64,000 nucleotides of DNA from Microcoleus sp. (GCA_042408215.1 JAYFMW010000020.1:448001-512000), one strand, 5' to 3'. Shown: positions 32,459 to 43,484, counted from the first letter of the stretch. A program made the numbers and translations. Notes: generated by a model not told the origin, from the letters alone.

Positions 32459-32998
32459 TTTTTATCATTCCCTGATGGATGATTTTCCAATCATTTTGGT
32501 TTCTGATGCGTGTAGATGGGTTTTCCTGTAAGGAATAAAGCGATCGGTAAACCCGATCGCTTAGTGAAATGCTTTATGTATAAAGAATCTCAGTCCTCAG
32601 TCCCCAAAATCAGGGTTTTCCACTACAAGTACGAGAGAGCAATGATATGAAATTGAATCATGAGTGCTACAGATGATCCCCGCTCACCTCCCTTAGCAAA
32701 GAGGGGAATGTGTAGCTAATATGTCGGGATTTCAGATTACACATCACAAACTAATGTGGTTAGCAGTGGTGTGAAAACTGGTGTAAACCAGGCTTTTTTA
32801 GCCAATTTCCCCGAAAAATAGATGAATTGTTGCAGACATTAAGCAAATTATATGGCTACTTGAGGAGAATAAAGATTCCAAAATTCCAACTTTTGCGCGT
32901 CTCAATAAACGCCACTAGACCGTGTATAATGCCATTTATCTGTTCAAAGCTCCCTCAAGCTACGTCTCAGACGATTTTACTCAACCTAACGCCAATCT

Positions 32999-33979
32999 AT
33001 GACCCTCACTGCTGACCCTAACTCCCACACGGACTCTCTGGTGGTGACTCGCCAGTTCGATGATATTGATGTTTGTGCCCAAGCTATCAAACAGTTGAAG
33101 CTCACTTGCACTCAGTTAACCTCTGGTCAGTTTGTGGGGAGAGTTAATTTTGCCGATTTGGGGAGTCTGAAGTTTACCGACGTTACCTATAATCAAGCCG
33201 TGAGAATAAAGGGGTTAAAGAGTCCTCAGCTCCTGGGATTTACGATCCCACTTCAAGGCGATCGCACACAGGTACTGGCTCATGGTTGCTCGATCAAAAA
33301 AAACGATCTATTTGGGTTCGATCCAACGAGAGAAAACGATATTACGACAGGGAAAGACGCTCACCTAGTCCTCGCCAACCTTGATTTGACCGTTTTCCAG
33401 TCCCTAGCCGAGCAAATGGGATACCATGACTTAGGGCAAAAGTTTCTCCGGCAAAATTCACTCCATTTCCATCCTGCTTCATTTCGCCATCTCAGAGCTT
33501 ATTATCAGCAACTCTCTCAAATGTTGATCGCCCAACCCTCATTATTAATGGAGTCGCAAGCACAATCCCACATCGTCGAAAATTTCTTGCCGTTGCTGAT
33601 GGATACGCTCGGAGCGGGTATCCGACAAAAAAAGCCGATCGTAAAAACTTTACGCCGTTACCCCATAGTGAAAAAAGCCGAAGAAATTGCCCAATCCTAC
33701 ATTGACAAACCCTTAACCCTTAAACAATTGTGCGACGCATTGGAAACCAGCAGTAGCGCCTTAGCTTATGGCTTTCAAGATATTTTCCGTCTAAGTCCAA
33801 TGGCGTATATCAAGATTCAACGACTTAATGGGGTACGTCGCGCTTTAAAAAAAGCTGACTCTGACACAACAATGGTGATGCAGTTGGCTCATGAGTGGGG
33901 ATTTTGGAGTCCGGGGCATTTTGCCAGAGATTACAAAGAAATGTTCGGTGAGTTGCCATCAGAAACGCTGCGACGGTAG
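32999..33979 (+). CDS. AraC-family regulator (EutR-like)
   Basis: QLTSGQFVG N-domain; C-terminal WGFWSPGHFARDYKEMFGELPSETL. Confidence 0.9.
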   Translation: MTLTADPNSHTDSLVVTRQFDDIDVCAQAIKQLKLTCTQLTSGQFVGRVNFADLGSLKFTDVTYNQAVRIKGLKSPQLLGFTIPLQGDRTQVLAHGCSIKKNDLFGFDPTRENDITTGKDAHLVLANLDLTVFQSLAEQMGYHDLGQKFLRQNSLHFHPASFRHLRAYYQQLSQMLIAQPSLLMESQAQSHIVENFLPLLMDTLGAGIRQKKPIVKTLRRYPIVKKAEEIAQSYIDKPLTLKQLCDALETSSSALAYGFQDIFRLSPMAYIKIQRLNGVRRALKKADSDTTMVMQLAHEWGFWSPGHFARDYKEMFGELPSETLRR

Positions 33980-34267
33980 TTTTAAATCAGAGTCAAGAAA
34001 AACCTAGTCGCATGAGGGCGTCAGAAACCGGGTTTCTTCACTAAATCTTGGCGATCGGGCATACCTTTGTCGCAGAAACCCGGTTTCTTTTTCGAGTTTT
34101 TATTAAATCTTCAAATTATGAGTGGGATCAATTGCAGTGGCTTGCTCTTGTTCAGCCAGTATCTCAGCTATTAGCTTTCAGCTTTCTGCCCCGAAAGTAG
34201 TAAAAAACTTGTCTTTGAACATAAAAAAATCACAAATTTCAGCGCGTCCTCAGAGTAGTTATTGGAA

Positions 34268-35851
34268 TCATTCTTTACTTGCAATATTAACAGGAAATAG
34301 AATACATTCTTGCAGCAAGGTATCCATAAATTTTTTCCGCAGAATGCGCTGGATCTGAAGATGCTTTCCCGGCTTTACCTTCGTCATTGTCCGTAGCAAT
34401 AAGTTAGACTCGCTTAAACTTGCCACGCCATCTACCTGTGTGGGTTCAAGTACATCTGAATAATTTGCTTTTAACTCTTGTCCTATCTCTTCAATTACTT
34501 GATAGACTTTGGCTAAGTTGGCATTATAAGGTACGCAAAATTCCACTACTGCAAATATGTATTGTTTGGAGTAATTGGTAATTGAGCCAATATCCCCATT
34601 GCGAATAATCTGTAATTGACCATTGGGATGTCGGATGCGGGTGGTTCTCAGTTCGATCGCCTCAACAGTACCCTCTACTGTTTTCTCTTCGGCCTTCCCC
34701 GCCTCAATATAGTCACCCACTAAATAGTAGTTTTCAAACAGAATAAAGAAGCCGCTGACTATATCGTTGATTAGTGTCTGTGCGCCTAAACCTACAGCTA
34801 TCCCAACAATACCCGCACCAGCCAGTATGGGAGTTGGATTAATGTCGAGGGTATAAAGGATAGAAATCCCAACGGTGAAATAAACTAAGTATTGCAACAA
34901 ACTCCGAAACAGAGGAATCAGAGTTAAGCGTCTGCTTGTTTGTGTCTCAGTCAAATTATGGTCTTTAAATAGCACTTCTTCCACAAGTAAGTAGATCACC
35001 TCAAACAACACCTGACTTATGAAAATAATCGCAATGATCTTGATAATTCGCAGACCAAAATCGGACAGTTTGGTGATTAACTCCACTTGCTGAGTTACCA
35101 ATGTTGCTATGCAGACGTAGAGCGCAAATTCCAGACACCGCTTCAAAAGGGGGATCAGGTGTTTTAGGCGATCGTAGAATCTCAATAGGCGATCGGGGCT
35201 GGAGTATCTGAGGGTGAGAACATCTAGGGTATCAACGATCGCAGCAACTGCTTTGAGTATGAGTAATCCGACAGCAACGATCAGATAGATCCGCAATGCG
35301 ATCGACAGATAGTCTGAAACTACTCCTGGTAATTTGAGAAACTGAGTACAGGAAACGATCGCCCACAGCCAAATTCCCCATTTGATTCTTTGATAAAGTG
35401 ATCTAAAGAAAGCATCAATACTTTCGTCGTCAGCGGTGCTTTTGTCTATGTTCTTGACGCGAGTGCTCGCTACCTTCAGGCAATACTTGAGGACTTTCAG
35501 AGCGATCGCTGCTACAATTACGGTGCCAATACTTTGAGCTATGCCAATTCCCAGTGTGAGCCAAAATTCAGATGGGATACGGAGAATTAAGTCCAGTGTG
35601 TATTTTTCCAGGTCTTCACCTCGATAGAGCAGGAAACCATTAGCACCGACAATCAAAATACACAGCACCGAGCAAGCAAGTAACAACAATCCTGTGCTCT
35701 GACGACGCAGGATTTTGATCCCTCTATCGTCGAGCTTAAATATTGATAATTTGATCGATAGCTTGGATAGATTTCCGACCAGCCAAGTTAAGAACAGAAA
35801 AATAATTATGACCAGGCAGACTTCAGCCAAGATAATTAATAGGCTCATCAT
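34268..35851 (-). CDS. MscS-family mechanosensitive channel
   Basis: Many TM helices, LAGAGIVGIAVGLGAQTLINDIVSG, GTVEAIELRTT. Confidence 0.9.
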   Translation of the reverse strand: MMSLLIILAEVCLVIIIFLFLTWLVGNLSKLSIKLSIFKLDDRGIKILRRQSTGLLLLACSVLCILIVGANGFLLYRGEDLEKYTLDLILRIPSEFWLTLGIGIAQSIGTVIVAAIALKVLKYCLKVASTRVKNIDKSTADDESIDAFFRSLYQRIKWGIWLWAIVSCTQFLKLPGVVSDYLSIALRIYLIVAVGLLILKAVAAIVDTLDVLTLRYSSPDRLLRFYDRLKHLIPLLKRCLEFALYVCIATLVTQQVELITKLSDFGLRIIKIIAIIFISQVLFEVIYLLVEEVLFKDHNLTETQTSRRLTLIPLFRSLLQYLVYFTVGISILYTLDINPTPILAGAGIVGIAVGLGAQTLINDIVSGFFILFENYYLVGDYIEAGKAEEKTVEGTVEAIELRTTRIRHPNGQLQIIRNGDIGSITNYSKQYIFAVVEFCVPYNANLAKVYQVIEEIGQELKANYSDVLEPTQVDGVASLSESNLLLRTMTKVKPGKHLQIQRILRKKFMDTLLQECILFPVNIASKE

Positions 35852-36232
35852 TTTTTATTCGGTTGTTTTTCGGAGAATTTTCGTAGATTAAATCCCCAAC
35901 ATTCACCCACAAATCGTACAACTAAGAGTGACTTTTGGCAGTTTCTAACATTCTGGGGTGAGTGGGAGAACAGAATTTAAAATTGAGATAGTGCTTGGTC
36001 TACATCTTCTATTATCTCACTTTTAATCACTTTAAATTCAATCAATTGATTTAGGCTAGTAGGGTGCGTCAGCTAGAACCCTTACGCTGAACGGAAAACC
36101 TTGTACGGGCTCTCTTGCCATTCGCCCCTACGCACCCTACGCCCCTAAGTTTAAATGCCGAACAGCTTATCGTGCCGACTTACTTACATTAATTTGGGGT
36201 TAAATTCGAGCTTAAATAACTTTTTAAGCTTC

Positions 36233-37586
36233 TTAGTTTTGTGATTTAGCTATCCTAAACCCCGCGTGTTGATAAAAATTGGGACGGAACCAATTGCGAT
36301 AAAACTTTAAGGCTTCTGTGCCATTTGTCACCCAAGCACCACCCAACATCATCTTATGTTGGCTATCAAAATAAGGTGCTGCATAATTTTCATAAAGAAA
36401 ATGGGTTTTAAATCCTGGTAATGGATTAAAATCATCATTCAACCATTCCCAAACATTCCCCCGTAAATCGTACAATCCAGAAGAACTTTCGGCTTGTTTC
36501 AATATACCGACTGGGCTAGGCGAACCAAATTTCAAATTGAGATTGAAATCATTTATCGTATCTAATGCAATGCTTTTTGCATAAGCATCAGAGCCATAAG
36601 TTGCTAAATTCCATTCCGCTTCACTCATTAAGCGAATTCCCTCACCTTTCCAGCGACAGTAAGCCATTGCTTCATAATGATTGACTTCCACTGGCCAATC
36701 TAAAGGGAGTTCAATTTCATCAAACATAGCTCGATATTTGTAACTACCATTATTAGGTATCCAAAATTGGGGATGTTTGACATTATATTCAGTTTTCCAA
36801 CCCCAAGATTCTTCATCCCAATAATCTTGTTTTTCGTAGCCACCAGCAGTAACAAATTCCTTGAAATTCTGCATTGGTGATCATATACTTACTGGCTGAA
36901 AATGGTTCAACCTTAACTTGACGATAACCATATTCACAATCCCAACCATAAAGGGAGGAATCTTCGGGTTTACCAAGTTCAACCAACCCACCAGAAACTT
37001 CGATCATTTCATTATGGGAAATGTTGTTATTAGAAGGTGCATATTGCCATCCGTCAGGACATTCAACTTTCTCTACAGGAAGTTGTCGGATTAGCATGGA
37101 AGAAGTTTCAAAATGAATGCGCTGATGTTCGATACCCATCATCAACGCCCAAAGGGGATGATTTTGATGAATTGGGAGATTAAGTGGCGTGTTTTTAATC
37201 ACTTCTGAAATGATTTCATAAGCTTGGTGGCGATATTCCCAAACCTTTGCTACTTCCGGCCATTGAATATGAGAAATGGCGGCATTGAGTTCATCAGGAG
37301 TTTGCGGATCTACCCCAAATCCAAATATTAATTCATAATCTGGGAGCAGAACTTTTTCCAACAAATTAACCCAGCTTAATTTGTTCATGTAAAAAGCCGC
37401 AGAATGACCTAAGTAAAAAATTAGGGGGTTCCTTAAGGAATCAGGATTGAGATAAAATGTTTCTGCTCCAACCATGCTTTTCATCAGCACATCTTCCATT
37501 TCCCAGGCGTTTTGAAAATAACTGAGAATGGCTTCTATGCTACAAGTATTCAGTGGGATTGGGTGTTGAAATTTGAGACTATTCAT
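36233..37586 (-). pseudogene. ovoA: Short OvoA-like sulfoxide synthase (DinB + FGE domains, no methyltransferase), +1 frameshift
   Basis: LRNPLIFYLGH, MGIEHQRIHFETSS iron motif, GNVWEW, FYQHAGFR; one extra base at about 36860 splits AEF..EFVTAGGY. Confidence 0.82.
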
Positions 37587-37629
37587 GATGGCAATTTTTG
37601 TTTTTCAATGGGTTGGAATACTAATCAGA

Positions 37630-37790
37630 TAAGTCTAGGCATTCTCAATGCACAACATGGCTTTTTTGGCAATGTAAGTACATTTAAATTTGATTCTTTG
37701 ATTCTCTTTTTGATTGTAAATGGCTTGATTGCTGAATAAATCCGTGTCAAAATTGCCTTGACAACGCCACTTTAAATGCTCAAGCATATT
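37630..37790 (-). pseudogene. egtD: EgtD (histidine N-alpha-methyltransferase) internal remnant
   Basis: NMLEHLKWRCQGNFDTDLFSNQAIYNQKENQ, then NQI*MYLHCQKSH after an 8-nt duplication; resembles the EgtD C-terminal region. Confidence 0.6.
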
Positions 37791-37883
37791 ATCGCATAAA
37801 TTAAGTCGTCATCTTGAGTATTTTGGTAAAATTTGTTGGCATCCATTCACAGGCAAGAATTCATTCTTGCCGTAAATGGATGC

Positions 37884-39002
37884 TCAATTGTTGGTTGCTT
37901 GTAGACTCTGTTTATATTTTTCCGGCTCAGTTCTAAGTTCCACATGAAGGAAATCAATTCCCTCTTGTTCTAGTAATTCTAGGATAGCTAGATTTAAGTT
38001 TTTCTCAGCATCAAAGTAGAGATTGTCATCATTAACAAAAGCAACGACTTTAATGACTCTGGCATTATTTTCAATCTTGCTAAAACGAACTATTATTTCT
38101 TTCGATAAGCCCTTAATATTTGAGGGCATTTCTCGAATAGCATCGCATATTCTGGCAGTTTGCTTGGCTGAGATACCATCAATTTTGAGAGTTAAACTAA
38201 GACCCCACTTTAATTCACTACCAGGATTTTGTGACCAATTCTCTACAATGCCAGAAATCATTTTAGAATTCGGCATTTTCATTATAGAACCCCACTGATA
38301 TATATGCAGAGTTGTGGTTCTGAATCCGATATGGAGTATCTGCACAAAACCCTCTACTCCTGATATTCCCACCCAGTCACCTTCTCGATAGAGATTATCG
38401 GAGTAAATAATCAATGTACAAAACCAATCATAAACGATATCCTTCAACAGCAAACCAAAAGTGATACCAGCACCGCCTAATAGACCAACCAATGCAGCGG
38501 CAGATTGTCCTAAAAATATCTCACTTATCTTGATTGCCAATACAATAATTGCTGCTGATTGAAAAATCTTTGGCATTAAAGGTCTGAGCAATTCATCAAG
38601 CTCTGTTTCAGTGTGTAGCAATATGTTGGCTATTACCTGACCCAAAATAGAAGAGCCTCGGTAAACAACATAAGCAACTATGAAAATGACTATGTAGTTG
38701 AGCGTACTACCGATGGTTTGGTTCAGTTGAGAGCCTAAATTCTCTGCCAGAATTTCTTTGCTCAGTGAAAATCCACCAATCAGAATCAGCCAACTTGAAG
38801 CCGGCTTGATAATTGCAATCAACTCATCATCAAGTGTCGTTTCGGTTTTTTTAGTAAAACGCTCAATGGTTTTAACAATGACTGAAACAAAAAATCTCCT
38901 TAATGTCTGTGTCAACGTCAGGATAATGATAACAATAGCGATTTTGGCAATCGGTATGCCGGAGTAATTGATATTTTTTAGCGTATCCCAAACTGCTTCC
39001 AT
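37884..39002 (-). CDS. MscS-family mechanosensitive channel
   Basis: KTETTLDDEL, GLLGGAGITFG, EGFV..IGFRTT, MPNSKM. Confidence 0.88.
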   Translation of the reverse strand: MEAVWDTLKNINYSGIPIAKIAIVIIILTLTQTLRRFFVSVIVKTIERFTKKTETTLDDELIAIIKPASSWLILIGGFSLSKEILAENLGSQLNQTIGSTLNYIVIFIVAYVVYRGSSILGQVIANILLHTETELDELLRPLMPKIFQSAAIIVLAIKISEIFLGQSAAALVGLLGGAGITFGLLLKDIVYDWFCTLIIYSDNLYREGDWVGISGVEGFVQILHIGFRTTTLHIYQWGSIMKMPNSKMISGIVENWSQNPGSELKWGLSLTLKIDGISAKQTARICDAIREMPSNIKGLSKEIIVRFSKIENNARVIKVVAFVNDDNLYFDAEKNLNLAILELLEQEGIDFLHVELRTEPEKYKQSLQATNN

Positions 39003-39465
39003 AGGTTAGCCAACGGGTAATTGAGTTTTTGTACTTGATCAAGAAACTATTGGGAGAAATCCGCCTAAGTTATTTTTTAGTAACGGAAAAAATTTATCCC
39101 GTTTAGCGAGTCAGTAATAAGTAATTAGATATTACCAGACTTTAGAGCAAAAATATAAGAAATATATGAGATGGCCCAAATTTGGTTGTTGCGTAGTTAG
39201 AGTAAATGTTCGCTACCTTTACCCCAACCAGGGAGAGGAGGGTGTTTCTTACTCCTTTCCCTGGTTGGGCGGGACTCCTGACTTTGCCACCTTCATCACC
39301 GTCCCTGAGCCGCCGTTGCGGCTCCGGATCGACTATCGCTTCAGTGAGGGTGATGATGATGTTTGGGATTCACTTGAATTACGATTTTTCCTTGCTTTCC
39401 AGCTAGATACTCAATCTTTAAAATTAATTCATCGGTGAATCTGAAGTTGCCCAAAAGGGCGGTGT

Positions 39466-41019
39466 TTAGTTCAAATTGGCCAACACAACCTTTGAGTCGT
39501 CGGAGGAAGCGTCACTAACCATCCCTGAATATTCGCCGTTATAGTTGGTAAATTCAGACGGAGATCTCCGAATATTAGATAGACGAATTTGCCAATCGGA
39601 AACCTGCTCGTAGGTAAGGTGATTAGTATTGGAAGTCGTTGTCCATACCCCCCAAAGACAGGTGTCTTCAAACTGTAGCATTCCTGATTTCCGCAAGCTA
39701 TAAGATTGGGGAGTTCCGGGCAAGGGAATAATGCTGTAGCACGAAGTCTGAAATTCCAATTGAGGGTTAATCTCTACCAGTTGATCCACCAGTTCTGAGA
39801 TGGCTTCCTCAAGACGTAACAAGTCCTCATGGTCATCATCGGGTAGCCCGATAATGATGCCATAAGCAATGACAGGTACACCAGTTCTAACTACAGATTT
39901 CATCAACGTACAATGCTCTTGCCAAGGCACGAGCTTCTTGTAGGCTTCTCGTCCAAAAACGGGACGTTCGGCAGGGATATAAGCCAAAGGACAACCGACT
40001 TTGCCGTCCCAGCCAAACAGTGCTTCAATCAGTTCTTCGTCAGGTCTGAGGTCGCTGCTTTCGTAGTTACGCCCAGCGCCGAGAGTTGTTTTCCTCAGTT
40101 CCAAACCATTCGGCCACATGAGTGTTATTCCCATCTCCCGCGCACCATTGGTAATGTCGAGGATCTCTTGTCGCCCCTCAGGAAAGAGTCCGCGGGCGAG
40201 GAATTGATCGGAACCGATATTGATCGAACGAGCCCCCGCTTCTTTCTGAATCGCCAACCATTTGAGGGATGTTTGTGGGGACATTCTCCGAAAGCCAGTG
40301 CCGTAGGTGGGTGTCATGCAAAAATCGCAGGTGCGATCGCAACCAATGTCAGCCACCAGTGAACCTACTGGAACAGTTCCCTGGACATTGGGAAGTGTCC
40401 CTAAACATTCCCGCGCCACTTCCACTGAGGGTAGTGCCCACTCCTCTGGACTTTTGGCTTTAGCCTTCCTGGGATACTGTTTACCATCTGCGAGAATGAC
40501 ACCCGTGAGTTCTTCTCGTGGGGTTTTTCCGAGTACATAGTCAAAAATAGCCCAATTCGCTGCCCCGGATTTATCCTGAACGACTGCTGCTGCGCCAGCC
40601 TTCAAGTAATGGTGCGGTTCAGCGAAAGCATCCGATCCGCCAACGACAATGGGACGACCTCCCTGAGCCAGATGCTCAATCACCATACAAGTGACTTGAC
40701 GATCTTGGGAGAAATTCACTGTAATTCCCCAAGCATCGAAGGCGTGGGGATCGAGGGCGGAAATTTTGCCCCCGACGTAGGTTTTCCGCAGAGTCATCCC
40801 TTTCCAGACAATCTCCCCAAATTCTTGACTATAATTATCATCTCTGAGGTTTACCAATCGGGCATCAAATCCTCCTGCTTGCAAGTCAGGGATCAAAACT
40901 TGCTTGCTGATTAAGGAACGATGTCTATATAAAGAAGTCCAATTTTTGCCTTCTGCATCATAGAGTCCCGTTGCTGGAGGTTCAATCAGTCCAATTGTGG
41001 GATACTTGTTGTCTACCAT
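39466..41019 (-). CDS. Cobalamin-dependent (class B-like) radical SAM protein
   Basis: IVVGGSDA B12-domain-like motif, GCDRTCDFCMTP CxxxCxxC, IIGLP, PLPGT. Confidence 0.82.
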   Translation of the reverse strand: MVDNKYPTIGLIEPPATGLYDAEGKNWTSLYRHRSLISKQVLIPDLQAGGFDARLVNLRDDNYSQEFGEIVWKGMTLRKTYVGGKISALDPHAFDAWGITVNFSQDRQVTCMVIEHLAQGGRPIVVGGSDAFAEPHHYLKAGAAAVVQDKSGAANWAIFDYVLGKTPREELTGVILADGKQYPRKAKAKSPEEWALPSVEVARECLGTLPNVQGTVPVGSLVADIGCDRTCDFCMTPTYGTGFRRMSPQTSLKWLAIQKEAGARSINIGSDQFLARGLFPEGRQEILDITNGAREMGITLMWPNGLELRKTTLGAGRNYESSDLRPDEELIEALFGWDGKVGCPLAYIPAERPVFGREAYKKLVPWQEHCTLMKSVVRTGVPVIAYGIIIGLPDDDHEDLLRLEEAISELVDQLVEINPQLEFQTSCYSIIPLPGTPQSYSLRKSGMLQFEDTCLWGVWTTTSNTNHLTYEQVSDWQIRLSNIRRSPSEFTNYNGEYSGMVSDASSDDSKVVLANLN

Positions 41020-41416
41020 AGTCGAGGGTGGGGAATGTGGGATCAGAAAATGGCATTTTCGATGGCTCGCGATCGCCTACGGCATCCAGGAAGCCGATCG
41101 CAACTCCTTGGCGATAGGACAAGTCGGTGAGCCAATTTTTCATACAAACCAATGATAGGGGAAAAATATATGAAATATATGAGAAGGAAAAAATTTCTGA
41201 TTTTCTTTTCTTATTCATTCCCCCGCTGTTTGGCTATACCGCTTCATCCTGAACTGGTAACGTGAAATAAAAGGAGCTTCCTGCGCCCAACACACTCTGG
41301 GCCCAAATCTGTCCCTGGTGCTGTTGAACTATGCTGCTCGACAAATCCTAAACAAGTCTAGACATTCGCTTCTTACTTCAACGGGAGCATGGGAGCGGTT
41401 ATCCCTCAATAAGCTT

Positions 41417-42493
41417 TCACGATGCCGCCAAACGCGATAAATTAATTGCGGCATTCAAATCTCTGTCTATCGAATGACCGCAACTTCCACAGTTGTAGGT
41501 TCTTTCTTTTAGGGACATATCTTGGATCTGCCCACAGCTTGAACAGGTTTTGCTTGACGGAAACCAGCGACTAGCCATGATTATTTCACAGCCAAACTTT
41601 TTCGCTTTATACTCTAACTGACGCTTGAATTCGTAAAAGCCACAGTCCGCTATAACTTGAGCGAGTTTGTGATTTGACAGCATCCCGGAAACATTTAAAT
41701 CTTCTACTACTATTTTTGCGTGGTTTTTACATAAGTAGGTAGTGATTTGATGCAGAGTATCCTTTCTGAGACTCGCCACCTTAGCGTGATGTTTTGCTAG
41801 CTTGGTTTTGGCTTTATACCTATTACTAGAGCCTTGAGTCTTTCTTGACAACTCCTTTGACAGCCTACGCAACTTACTGAGATGCGTTTTGTAATGTCTT
41901 GGATTAGCAAAAACAACTCCTGTTGAAAGCGTTGCTAATTCCTTAACCCCTAAATCAACTCCCACAACATCCTGTTGCTTTACAGTTGGTTCATGTTCTT
42001 GTTCGTAAGCAAAAGCCATAAACCAACTGTCAGCAGTTCGAGATATCGTGATTGACTTGCAGGTGGTGTGAGGCAATCCCTCATAGGTTTTCACCCAGCC
42101 GATTGTTGGCAACTTTATGGACGTACCTCCCACGGCTATAGGCTTACCACCTGCATCAATCGTGAAGGAATCATGATGCCCTTTCTTCTTAAACTTGGGG
42201 TATCCACTTTTCTTTGAGAAGAAACGAGAGAAAGAATCCCCTAGATTGTCAAAGGCATATTGGGTGATTTTTGGGCAGATACCAGCCTCTTTAATCCACG
42301 TAAACTCAGGTTTTACATGATTATTAAAGAATTTCTTGAGGAGGTATTTATTTGGCTTCAATCCATCTCGATCAAGGTTACTCCAAGTAGCTAATCCCCA
42401 ATTATAAGTAAACCTTGCTATTCCAGCGTGCTTGCTCATTATTGTGGCTTGACTCTTGCTTAGCTTTAGCTTTGTTTTGATGGACAGAAGCAT
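41417..42493 (-). CDS. tnpB: TnpB of an IS607-type element
   Basis: GVDLGV, VVEDLNV, CSSCG...CGSCG, DRDLNAAINL all intact. Confidence 0.92.
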   Translation of the reverse strand: MLLSIKTKLKLSKSQATIMSKHAGIARFTYNWGLATWSNLDRDGLKPNKYLLKKFFNNHVKPEFTWIKEAGICPKITQYAFDNLGDSFSRFFSKKSGYPKFKKKGHHDSFTIDAGGKPIAVGGTSIKLPTIGWVKTYEGLPHTTCKSITISRTADSWFMAFAYEQEHEPTVKQQDVVGVDLGVKELATLSTGVVFANPRHYKTHLSKLRRLSKELSRKTQGSSNRYKAKTKLAKHHAKVASLRKDTLHQITTYLCKNHAKIVVEDLNVSGMLSNHKLAQVIADCGFYEFKRQLEYKAKKFGCEIIMASRWFPSSKTCSSCGQIQDMSLKERTYNCGSCGHSIDRDLNAAINLSRLAAS

Positions 42494-42502
42494 TGTTCGA
42501 CC

Positions 42503-42712
42503 TCAACACTGGATTTCTATGTTCAATTCTGCCACGTCTTGTACGGGTTTGTCAATAGCCTTTTTTCGGTGCTCCTTGATTTCTTTGGAGTAATTTCGTA
42601 GACCGTACAACCGACAAGAAAAATAATGGATGATTGCCATTAAATCCTCTACTAATTCATGTTGGGGAGATAGTGACTCTTGATTGGCGACTGCGATCTC
42701 ACATCCGACTTT
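42503..42712 (-). pseudogene. IS607 serine recombinase TnpA, C-terminal fragment
   Basis: QESLSPQHELVEDLMAIIHYFSCRLYGLR directly upstream of tnpB. Confidence 0.8.
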
Positions 42713-42769
42713 TGAACATGGTACAGGTCAGAGGTTTGCCCAGGATTGTACTACTTTGTTTATTTATTT

Positions 42770-42940
42770 GCTAGCTAGGTACTAGCTCACTGATTGCTGT
42801 CCACTTCGATCGGACAAATAACCGACTGTCCCAACTGCTCCCACCAATTGCAACATAAATGGAACCGTCAGCAATACTCGGAGCGGAATGTTTGCCAAGC
42901 CCTGATAGCCGCGTCGAAGTAAACTTGCTCTTTGTGTCAT
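42770..42940 (-). pseudogene. N-terminal remnant of a membrane sensor (Cache-type kinase/cyclase)
   Basis: IPLRVLLTVPFMLQLVGAVGTVGYLS..SGQQSV, truncated. Confidence 0.6.
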
Positions 42941-43165
42941 ATACCAATCGTGACATACTCCCACACTGAGTGAGTACACAGAGCCTGTGGGCTTCTTTGT
43001 AGTCCTCCACCAGGGTATACAAAATTTCCTGCTGGTACGCTCATCCATAGTTCCTACTACAGAAAGATTCCCAATGGGCGCGTTTTATACTGGGGAAAAT
43101 GTCCAACCCCAGTCTTTTTAAGTTAATCGCGGCATTGAGATCGCGGTCAACCATCAAAGAGTTAT

Positions 43166-43460
43166 AAGAAATACCCTGAAAACCCTGCGACTTTAGTCCA
43201 GGGATGAAAGGGCGTTGCAGGATTTATCCAGCCTGCCCCATCTTGACAAACCGATTTTGGTTTGATCGAGTTGTTGAAACCTAGTTGGTGAAAAACCCGA
43301 CAGTTGCAAGCCGTTAGGCACCAAAGTAGCCATAGACTCAGCAACTCGCTGTGTGGGTAGCGGGTATCTGACTTACCCTTTAAGAACCGAAGTTTGGGTG
43401 GATTCATCCCCCAAAGTTTGTCCTTAAGAATCCCCGCGTCTTCAGACCGGGGAGTGTCAA
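43166..43460 (+). mobile_element. Protein-free mini-element (family A, 295 bp) with omegaRNA scaffold
   Basis: Ends match IS 23538-25085; follows TTAT; excision restores the host tnpB frame IRDYWDEYNSLMVDRD. Confidence 0.9.
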
Positions 43461-43484
43461 ACTCATCCCAATAATCTCGAATAC

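Noticed and set aside
39166..39438. Possible RiPP precursor or PEP-CTERM protein near the radical SAM gene
   Set aside because: Opposite strand; VPEP is not followed by a TM helix; no leader/core pattern
43270..43285. GTTGAAAC as a CRISPR repeat handle (also present in mini-B)
   Set aside because: Single 8-mer with no repeat-spacer structure; may derive from tnpB coding sequence
43162..43407. 81-aa ORF, also forming the tail of ORF 50900-51619
   Set aside because: Antisense reading of mini-element A
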